A DNA stretch of 64,000 nucleotides from positions 2,787-66,786 of the forward strand of contig CANNFM010000024.1 of NCBI GenBank assembly GCA_947503835.1, given 5' to 3'. The DNA comes from an uncultured Aquimarina sp. (GTDB lineage Bacteria > Bacteroidota > Bacteroidia > Flavobacteriales > Flavobacteriaceae). The notes beneath the pieces are model-generated. The model saw only the letters and a program-made list of their open reading frames with translations, did no database searches and was not told where the DNA came from. The number at the start of each line of letters is the position of its first letter. The stretch's first letter is position 1. This document shows positions 1 through 6,362 of this stretch, piece after piece. Both the position numbers and the translations under genes were made by a program.

Positions 1-52
1 TTTTAGAGTTTTTAGAATTCTTCAATTTCCCCTATATTATTAAAGCTGAATA

Positions 53-202
53 TTAATGTTCTTCTTTAGTACACGTAAAAGTATCAGAAGTTAAGTTTTG
101 AATTCCTAGAGCTCCTCCTTTTATAGAGTTAGGATTTTCAAGTTTAGTAATTCTTAATTTATCAAGAGTAAGTTTAGCCTTTGGATTGTGTGAATTTTTC
201 AT
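53..202 (-). CDS. Unannotated 49-aa RiPP precursor peptide with a Bacteroidota-type double-glycine leader (putative LanA-like substrate of the adjacent split LanB)
   Basis: Hand translation of the minus strand, ATG at 202-200 and TAA at 55-53: MKNSHNPKAKLTLDKLRITKLENPNSIKGG / ALGIQNLTSDTFTCTKEEH. The leader has the LxLxKxxIxxL...IKGG pattern typical of Bacteroidota GG-type natural-product precursors. The 19-aa core is rich in Ser/Thr (5) and has one Cys. An A-rich untranslated region precedes the ATG (cataaaaacaaaaacATG). The gene lies on the same strand as, and just downstream of, the lanB-like genes. It is below the ORF-track length cutoff. Confidence 0.7.
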   Translation of the reverse strand: MKNSHNPKAKLTLDKLRITKLENPNSIKGGALGIQNLTSDTFTCTKEEH

Positions 203-230
203 GTTTTTGTTTTTATGATTTTTGATAGTG

Positions 231-259
231 CTAAAGTATAAGTAAATCTTAAAAACAAA
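231..259 (-). promoter_or_regulatory. Candidate Bacteroidota-type promoter for the precursor peptide gene (-33 TTTG, 17-bp spacer, -7 TActTTAG)
   Basis: The minus strand reads ccTTTGtttttaagatttacttaTACTTTAGcactatc...ATG. There is one mismatch to the TAnnTTTG consensus. The predicted 5' UTR is about 25-30 nt and A-rich. Confidence 0.35.
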
Positions 260-284
260 GGAGAATCGAGGCTGTAGTTGTCTG

Positions 285-320
285 GTTTTCAGGAATGCAG
301 ATGTCTGGATTCCTGAAAAC
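285..320. promoter_or_regulatory. Perfect 12-bp inverted repeat (gttttcaggaat N12 attcctgaaaac) between the AraC-like gene and the precursor peptide gene; candidate operator
   Basis: Read directly: 285-296 gttttcaggaat, 309-320 attcctgaaaac. Each arm is preceded by the direct repeat gtctgg. No U-tract follows on either strand, so it is not a canonical terminator. Confidence 0.6.
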
Positions 321-352
321 AGGTTTGTAAATAATTGAAAATCAGTTGTTTA

Positions 353-2101
353 TTAGTTTTGTTGATTTTCCGTATTATATTGCTGCTTTTCGAGTTGTTT
401 TAGGAAAAATGAGGGATAGATTCCTGTGGTTTTATAAAATGACTTGGAAAAAGCTTCAGTGGTATTAAAGCCAATCTCATTTGCGATTGCTTTTATGGTA
501 TATTTTCTAAACTTTGAATTAGACTTTAATTCTTCGACTACGTAATCAATTCTCAGCTCGTTTACATAATTACTAAAACTTTTGTCCTTATGCATGTTAA
601 TCACTTTGGATAGATACTTAGAATTTGTTTTAAATCTTTTAGATAAACTACTAACGGTTAGATTAGCTTCTAAAAATTCATTATTGTTTTCAAAAGATTC
701 AAGATTTTTAAGGATATCATTAACGATAATTTCTGAAATTCCTATGTCTGTAGGTTTAGTATTTTCGGATTTTTCTTCTGCTGTTGTTGTTAGGGTTGTT
801 TTTATAGAAGGTTTTTTGTTATCATCGAGTAGTTCAAGAAATCTTTTTTTGTAAGTTCTTTTCTTTTTCTCGTTTAAAAATAGGGTTATCATTAATGCCA
901 AAGAGATTAGAGAAAGAATCACTAAAACAATAACCTTAGTTTTATTATTTTTTTCGAGAGAGTCAATGATTTCTTGTTTTTCTAATATTAAATTAGGTGT
1001 TGAGTATTCTTCGTTAATCTGTCGGGATAAGTATTTAAAATTATTGTCGAGTATACTATCTACAGTTAATAGTTTATCAATATAAAAAATGTGCTGATCT
1101 GTATTTTTTTGTTCTTTATAATATTTGATTAGCAATTCATATGCTTCTCTTATTTTGGGGAAGAAGTATTGTGTAGAAAAGGCTATTGAGTCGACTTTTT
1201 TGAGATGGTGTATAGATTTGTTAAAATCATTTTGAGAGAAGTATATTTTACCTAAATAGAGCTCTACTCTTTCTGCAGTACCAGGGCCTTGTATTTTATA
1301 ATCTCTTAATTTCTTTAATTTAGTAATGCTATCCAGACTAGGTTGATATTGTTTTTTATAATAATGTGCCATAGCCGTAGTCAATAGAAGCCTGGTATAT
1401 AAAATACTATCTTTTGATTTTAAACTTAAGCGTATAGCTTTTTTATTGATGGTGTAAGCAGAGTCGTATTTTTTTATTGCATTATATACCGCACCAGTGG
1501 CGTAGAGAGATTTAATATAATCATATTCATACTCTTTATCCTGTTTGAATTTGTTTTCGTAGTACGTTACGGTAGATTGCAAAAGTTCTAGACCTTCTTG
1601 GTATTCGCCAAGATTATTCTTTAAAATGGCAATAAAATATTTTGTCTTAAATTTTTGATCAATATTGTCGTTTTTATTTGCAAATAAATTAGCTTTTACT
1701 AATTCATCCATAGATTTTTGATAGTCTCCCTTAGAGCCAAAAACTCTGGCTTTTAATAAATAAGCTTTAGCTGGATAATCAAAATCTTTTTCTTCTTTGG
1801 TAATTGTTATAATACTATCGGCATACAATAAAGCTTCATCGTGCTCTGAAACTGTAGCAAGCATATAGTATCCATTAGCCTTTTCAATCTTGCTTTGATC
1901 TTGCTTTGCTTTTAATAAAAAGGCTTGTGCATATATACGCGCTTTTGCAGAATCATTTATTTGCTGATTAAAATTTTCGAAAAGCTCTGCGTATTTTTTT
2001 TGAACAAGATTTATATTTTTTTCGTTGATATCCTGGGTATAGATATTTTGAAGCAATATAAAAGTTGCAAGAAAGACGATTTTGTGTTTAATTTTTTTCA
2101 T
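353..2101 (-). CDS. Membrane-anchored TPR-repeat / AraC-family (HTH_18) transcriptional regulator
   Basis: 582-aa ORF. It has an N-terminal signal/anchor (MKKIKHKIVFLATFILLQNIYTQ), then about 360 aa of TPR-like helical repeats. One internal TM helix (VIVLVILSLISLALMITLFL) is followed by a basic stretch (NEKKKRTYKKRF), which fits the positive-inside rule. The C-terminus carries an AraC-type double HTH (...TIKAIANEIGFNTTEAFSKSFYKTTGIYPSFFLKQL). Confidence 0.85.
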   Translation of the reverse strand: MKKIKHKIVFLATFILLQNIYTQDINEKNINLVQKKYAELFENFNQQINDSAKARIYAQAFLLKAKQDQSKIEKANGYYMLATVSEHDEALLYADSIITITKEEKDFDYPAKAYLLKARVFGSKGDYQKSMDELVKANLFANKNDNIDQKFKTKYFIAILKNNLGEYQEGLELLQSTVTYYENKFKQDKEYEYDYIKSLYATGAVYNAIKKYDSAYTINKKAIRLSLKSKDSILYTRLLLTTAMAHYYKKQYQPSLDSITKLKKLRDYKIQGPGTAERVELYLGKIYFSQNDFNKSIHHLKKVDSIAFSTQYFFPKIREAYELLIKYYKEQKNTDQHIFYIDKLLTVDSILDNNFKYLSRQINEEYSTPNLILEKQEIIDSLEKNNKTKVIVLVILSLISLALMITLFLNEKKKRTYKKRFLELLDDNKKPSIKTTLTTTAEEKSENTKPTDIGISEIIVNDILKNLESFENNNEFLEANLTVSSLSKRFKTNSKYLSKVINMHKDKSFSNYVNELRIDYVVEELKSNSKFRKYTIKAIANEIGFNTTEAFSKSFYKTTGIYPSFFLKQLEKQQYNTENQQN

Positions 2102-2119
2102 TTCCTAATAGATGTATTT

Positions 2120-2995
2120 TCAATTAGAATTTAATGACATAGTTTTCATAGTGTCAGAGTTATATTTTTTGTTTAGGAAATCATAAATTATAAGCTCATA
2201 AAAACGTTGTTGTGATCTAAATGCTCTATTTACCATCATATGTATATAACTACTAATAAGATTATGTAATGACATTTCTAAAGAATTATTTTTGCTATAA
2301 TTTAAAATACGTCTAATGATTTCTTCTGTTGTATTGGCTTTATTGAGCAAAATTTTATCTAAAACTTCATAAGTCTCATTTGAATACGTATCACCTAAAA
2401 AAACAGAAATTTCTTTTTTTAAATTTCCGTATTTTTTATTGAGCTGTTTATTAAGGTTTTTATCAGCATTAAATTCAGCCTTATAACTATCTTTATTTTT
2501 AGAAACTAATATTACCTTTTCTTTAACTTCATATTCAAAGTTTTCTAATAATTGATGTATTGCCTTTAACACAAACAAAAAGTATAGCTCTTCATCTTCT
2601 ATTATTGACATGGCTTGTATCAACATTGTACTTTCATGATAAAAAAGCTCTTCGGATTCTTCAATAGTATTTGATCCGTATCGCTCTATTTCTCTTTGAT
2701 ATGTGTCAACTTGTATTTTATGTATTATGTCTTCATCTATATATGATCTTAATGCTTTATTCATCAAAAGAATTACTTCATTAATCTTTTTGATTTCATT
2801 AAGATGTAATCTAATTCTTATATGATACTCTGGATCATTATATCGTATAAAAAACCACTTATCTATAAGTTTATTTTTAATTAATTGTTCTACTAATGGT
2901 TTTATGGTCTCGGTTAAAATAATGTTAGACATTCTGGCACCACAATACAATTTGTAATACAACCATTCATCACCTAATAAGAATATTCTCTTCAT
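2120..2995 (-). CDS. Lanthipeptide/thiopeptide dehydratase C-terminal glutamate-elimination domain protein (SpaB_C-like); second half of a split LanB
   Basis: 291-aa ORF beginning MKRIFLLGDEWLYYKLYCG, the W-x-Y-x-K-h-Y opening characteristic of the LanB C-terminal / thiopeptide-type bacteriocin biosynthesis domain. Its ATG (2995-2993) overlaps the upstream ORF by 26 nt, suggesting translational coupling. Confidence 0.8.
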   Translation of the reverse strand: MKRIFLLGDEWLYYKLYCGARMSNIILTETIKPLVEQLIKNKLIDKWFFIRYNDPEYHIRIRLHLNEIKKINEVILLMNKALRSYIDEDIIHKIQVDTYQREIERYGSNTIEESEELFYHESTMLIQAMSIIEDEELYFLFVLKAIHQLLENFEYEVKEKVILVSKNKDSYKAEFNADKNLNKQLNKKYGNLKKEISVFLGDTYSNETYEVLDKILLNKANTTEEIIRRILNYSKNNSLEMSLHNLISSYIHMMVNRAFRSQQRFYELIIYDFLNKKYNSDTMKTMSLNSN

Positions 2996-5276
2996 TTTTC
3001 GTTTTAGTATCTGGTGTTAGTAGTGCAGTACTTTTCTTTTTTGAATTGTTTAACTTTTCTTCATTATAAAACGAAAACACAAATTGATTAGAGTAGTTCT
3101 TTTTCTGGCTTTTTAAAATGCTTTCTTCAGTGAATAGAAATTCTTCTAGTATAAATTGAGTTCTGTTTTTTACTATGCTAAATAACATTTTAACCGAAGG
3201 CATGTTTTCCAGGTTAATTAATAAAGTATTATCATTATCTATTAATTGAACATATTGTGGAATTTGGAGTTTTGATCTCCATTTTACCACTTCGGCAACA
3301 TTGTTTTGATTGTTATCAATGCTTTCTAATAAAGAATTAATACTTTTTGTAGTGATTTTCCATCTGGCTTTCGAAAATATAAACTCTTTGTACTCTACTC
3401 TTGGCAAGAAGGTGTTTTTTTCCATCATTCCTCCCCAATAAAACCCAATAGAACTCCTTAGGTCTTGTTGTTGCAGATCGCATAAAAAATGATAAATCGG
3501 TAAACTGTTTTGCCCACTATAGTTATGGGCGTTGGTTAATTTGGGAAATATTTCTGTATTGTTTACTTTGGATCGCAGAACTATCTTATTTCGTTTTATA
3601 GAAATTAGTATATCATCAATGAAGATTTGCTGCTCTTTGGGAAGGTTGGATTTTCCTAGGTAAGGGATTTCATAATTTCGAATTGTTGCTCGGCGTATTA
3701 TATTACCTGTTCTGGATTCTGGCAAATGTATGATTTCGGTTAGAAGTTTATCATGATTCATATCTTGTTCAAGATTTGCAATATGTTGAACTTGCTTCAT
3801 GATTTGAGTATTTCCTGTAGAAAAACGTCCTAAAAGATTTGCGGCAGATGAGCCTCCCATGTTTTTTAATACAAGTTTTTGTTTACCATTAATAGTTACA
3901 ATTTCTACGAGAGAAGATACTGTGTCGGGTAAATCATTCCAGTTTGCTGGTAGATGTTCAAAATCTTGATCTTGTAATTGTAATGTATAGGCGTTATCAT
4001 CATTTAATTCTTGCAATTTCTTATGTAAGATTTCATTTGCAGGATTCCATGAGATTTTTTGAATCTCCTGATTTTGGGGTGGGATATCTATACCATCTAA
4101 AAATGGTTTATAATCTGCGGCTTCTTGATTTTGAAGATATCCAATGCCAATTTCTGTATCTAAGGCTTTTGCAAGAGGAATTTCTCGAGTCTCATATCTT
4201 TTTATGAATGCAGTTTTGAATCTTTGTAGATTAGATTCTTGTGGGGGAGTGCTTATTTTGTTTAAAAGATTCATTACCCTTTTTGCCTTGTATGCAAACT
4301 GTACATCTAGTTGATTTTGTAGCGTTTTAATGTACATATCTGTTTGAAATAAATACTTAAGTTCAAAATCTACATCAAGTTTTTTTATTTCTTCGTTGTT
4401 CTTATGGTATAGATCAACAGAATTTCCAACATTTTGATCTATTCGATCAAGAAACTCCTGAAAATAGGTGATTTGAGTAATGATTGCGTCTGTATCCTTT
4501 AATTTTTTGAGAGTTTTATGAATTTGAAGTAAAAAACCTTCCCCACTAACAGAGGGCTCTAATTCACTAACCAAAATTTGATTATCAATGAGTTGGTTTA
4601 TGAATCCCTGAGCTTCGTTTTTAGATATTTCATCGTCGACCAAAAGAGAGGCCAGTTCTTCAACTTTTTTCCCTGATTTAGCACTGTTGATAATCACTTC
4701 AAGATATGGAGTATAGGTAACGGCTTCAATGCTATGTTGCCTACGATTATGGATATTATATGTATATTCAACATATCTATACTGCTTTCCTATTTTATAT
4801 AGACTATTGTTTGGATACCATAATAATTGATTCTTTATATTTTTTTCTTTGGATAATTTTTGAGAAAATGCAACTAGAAAATTCATGTCAAACCGAGTTT
4901 GTCTTTGATTTTCAGTATAATGTTGAAGTTCAATAGTTGTTAATTTTCCAAATTTCCCGATACTACAGCCTGCAAACAGACCAAAAGGTGTACATCTTGA
5001 TGACATCCGGGAGAGGTACTTAAGTAATGAGGTTTGTAACCGTTGTATTTTTTTCTGATCCCTTGTCTGGTTTGATAACCACTTTTCTATTTCAATAAAC
5101 AGTTCTGGAGATGCTAGAAAAATAGCTTCTTTGATAGCATTGTCATTCCATATTTCCTTATACTTTTCAAATGATATCTGGTTGTCTTTAGTTAAACTGT
5201 AATAAAAATCTAAAGGTAGCAGAGGTGTGCGTATACAAAAATCATCAAAAAATGTGTATGGATTTTTTTGTTTCAA
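2970..5276 (-). CDS. Lanthipeptide dehydratase N-terminal (glutamyl-tRNA-dependent glutamylation, Lant_dehydr_N) domain protein; first half of a split LanB
   Basis: 768-aa ORF. The N-terminus ...YTFFDDFCIRTPLLPLDFY matches the conserved F-x-x-R-T-P-L-L-P start of LanB and thiopeptide dehydratases, and the size fits the glutamylation domain. The start codon at 5276-5274 is TTG, with no nearby in-frame ATG. Confidence 0.85.
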   Translation of the reverse strand: MKQKNPYTFFDDFCIRTPLLPLDFYYSLTKDNQISFEKYKEIWNDNAIKEAIFLASPELFIEIEKWLSNQTRDQKKIQRLQTSLLKYLSRMSSRCTPFGLFAGCSIGKFGKLTTIELQHYTENQRQTRFDMNFLVAFSQKLSKEKNIKNQLLWYPNNSLYKIGKQYRYVEYTYNIHNRRQHSIEAVTYTPYLEVIINSAKSGKKVEELASLLVDDEISKNEAQGFINQLIDNQILVSELEPSVSGEGFLLQIHKTLKKLKDTDAIITQITYFQEFLDRIDQNVGNSVDLYHKNNEEIKKLDVDFELKYLFQTDMYIKTLQNQLDVQFAYKAKRVMNLLNKISTPPQESNLQRFKTAFIKRYETREIPLAKALDTEIGIGYLQNQEAADYKPFLDGIDIPPQNQEIQKISWNPANEILHKKLQELNDDNAYTLQLQDQDFEHLPANWNDLPDTVSSLVEIVTINGKQKLVLKNMGGSSAANLLGRFSTGNTQIMKQVQHIANLEQDMNHDKLLTEIIHLPESRTGNIIRRATIRNYEIPYLGKSNLPKEQQIFIDDILISIKRNKIVLRSKVNNTEIFPKLTNAHNYSGQNSLPIYHFLCDLQQQDLRSSIGFYWGGMMEKNTFLPRVEYKEFIFSKARWKITTKSINSLLESIDNNQNNVAEVVKWRSKLQIPQYVQLIDNDNTLLINLENMPSVKMLFSIVKNRTQFILEEFLFTEESILKSQKKNYSNQFVFSFYNEEKLNNSKKKSTALLTPDTKTKNEENILIR

Positions 5277-5312
5277 TGTAAAAATATAAATAAGCCCCGG
5301 TTAATAAGTACA

Positions 5313-5320
5313 CAAATATA
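5313..5320 (-). promoter_or_regulatory. Candidate -7 box (TATATTTG) for the lanB operon
   Basis: The minus strand reads ctgTATATTTGtgtac, about 37 nt upstream of the TTG start at 5276. This is a perfect TAnnTTTG, but no clear -33 TTG was found. Confidence 0.3.
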
Positions 5321-5423
5321 CAGTTTTCTTTATAATTGTTTTTTTTTATTAATTCTTATTTAAAATATTGATAATCAAATAATTGATAATTTTTTTATCT
5401 CCCTTAATTCCATGAATTACGGG

Positions 5424-5443
5424 TCTTGATTCCTGAAAACGGG
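5424..5443. promoter_or_regulatory. Second copy of the half-site motif (gtctNgattcctgaaaacNgg) in the divergent lanB / NusG-NRPS intergenic region
   Basis: Positions 5424-5443 (gtcttgattcctgaaaacgg) and 302-321 plus flank (gtctggattcctgaaaacagg) share an exact 13-mer, gattcctgaaaac, and match at 19 of 21 positions overall. Both copies are intergenic. Confidence 0.5.
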
Positions 5444-5452
5444 CTTTAACCA

Positions 5453-5485
5453 TTTGTTTTGTGGTTTAGTTTTGATTTATGTTTG
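5453..5485 (+). promoter_or_regulatory. Candidate Bacteroidota-type promoter for the NusG-like/NRPS-PKS operon (-33 TTTG 5453-5456; -7 TATGTTTG 5478-5485)
   Basis: The spacer is 21 bp. An alternative -7 box, TAGTTTTG, lies at 5467-5474. This promoter would give a leader of about 340 nt before the ATG at 5835. The short motifs are common in AT-rich DNA. Confidence 0.35.
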
Positions 5486-5658
5486 TATCAGATAACGAAA
5501 CAGATATTATTAATTCATATCATATTCGATTATTGATTTTAAACTTTTTGATTAGTAAAAAAGCATCTTATAATAGCTTAAAAAAGTTAAGATGAACAAA
5601 ATTAATTTAGAAGTTATATAAAGAACAGTAAGTAACTTTTTTACTGTAGAAGATTAAG

Positions 5659-5703
5659 AGTAAAAGTAGCAGCTTTTACTATACGTTACCTTTTATTTTT
5701 TTG
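5659..5703 (+). promoter_or_regulatory. Leader-region hairpin (agtaaaag/cttttact, 8 bp) followed about 10 nt later by a T-rich tract; possible attenuator or antiterminator-recruitment element
   Basis: The stem is 5659-5666 / 5673-5680 with loop tagcag, then atacgttaccttttattttttt. A second 7-bp hairpin lies at 5625-5647. Function was not established. Confidence 0.25.
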
Positions 5704-5834
5704 AGAATATACTTGATGTGAGTCAAGGAAGCGAAGCTATAGGCTTTTTCTAGATTTCTTTTGATTATCACTATTACAAAACACGAATATATACTTAAGA
5801 TAGTAAGTAAACTATCATCTAAAACACAATAATT

Positions 5835-6362
5835 ATGGGCAAACTTCTTAAAATAGGTTGGTACGTTTTATACGTTAGATCACATCAAGAAAAAAAAGTT
5901 GACAACTTGCTAAAAGAGAGTCAGCTGGAGTCATTTCTTCCTTTGGTAAAGACTGTAAGACAATGGAGTGATAGAAAGAAAATAATTGAAGCTCCTCTTT
6001 TTCCTTCATATGTTTTCGTCAAGATTAATTCTGCACAAGATTTCTATAAAGCATCATCGATTGAAGGTGCTTGCACCTTTATTCGCTGTGGTGGTGAATA
6101 TGCATTAGCCCAAGATCATGAAATACAAAAAATTAAGCTTTTTCTCGGTTCTAAGGATATCACTAATGTTGGTAAAGTTACCAGCAATCTTGAAGTTGGA
6201 GAAACTATGATGATTCAATACGGATCCCTTGCTGGTTTAGAATGTGAAGTCTTAAAGGTAAACAATGAAAATAAGATTGTTGTTCGATTAGATTCTATAA
6301 ATCAAGGTATTACTGCAACAATACCTTCGCAATTTTTATCAAAAATCTCAAAAGCAGTGTGA
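5835..6362 (+). CDS. NusG-family specialised paralogue (UpxY/LoaP/TaA-like transcription antiterminator)
   Basis: 175-aa ORF. It has an N-terminal NGN-like region (WYVLYVRSHQEKKVDNLL...PLFPSYVFVKI) and a C-terminal KOW-like region (GETMMIQYGSLAGLECEVLKVNNENKIVVRLD). It is the first gene of the ~58 kb co-directional block, and its TGA (6360-6362) overlaps the next start. Confidence 0.85.
   Translation: MGKLLKIGWYVLYVRSHQEKKVDNLLKESQLESFLPLVKTVRQWSDRKKIIEAPLFPSYVFVKINSAQDFYKASSIEGACTFIRCGGEYALAQDHEIQKIKLFLGSKDITNVGKVTSNLEVGETMMIQYGSLAGLECEVLKVNNENKIVVRLDSINQGITATIPSQFLSKISKAV

Noticed and set aside
324-361. A plus-strand promoter-like pair (TTTG 324-327, TAGTTTTG 354-361) immediately after the palindrome.
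   Set aside because: It would drive transcription antisense into the AraC-like gene, and the 26-bp spacer is longer than the usual 17-23 bp. It is more likely a chance match in AT-rich DNA, although an antisense RNA cannot be excluded.
5349-5453. A 34-aa minus-strand ORF (MVKARFQESRPVIHG...) covering the conserved motif. The motif could be read as a conserved FQESR peptide in both copies.
   Set aside because: The copy at 300-330 has no start codon in that frame and stops after 13 codons. Conservation is better explained at the DNA level, as the palindrome and half-site.
5479-5595. A 38-aa plus-strand ORF (MFVSDNETDIINSYHIRLL...) in the divergent intergenic region.
   Set aside because: Its ATG lies inside the predicted -7 box, so it would be upstream of the transcription start. 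It has no leader-like or GG motif and a low-complexity AT-driven composition.
5730-5739. The 10-mer agcgaagcta is shared between the operon leader (5730-5739) and the asnB/NRPS gap (53244-53253). It forms a small GAA-loop hairpin in the second copy.
   Set aside because: About one shared 10-mer is expected by chance among the ~1.6 kb of intergenic sequence. The flanks do not align and the hairpin is not conserved in the first copy.
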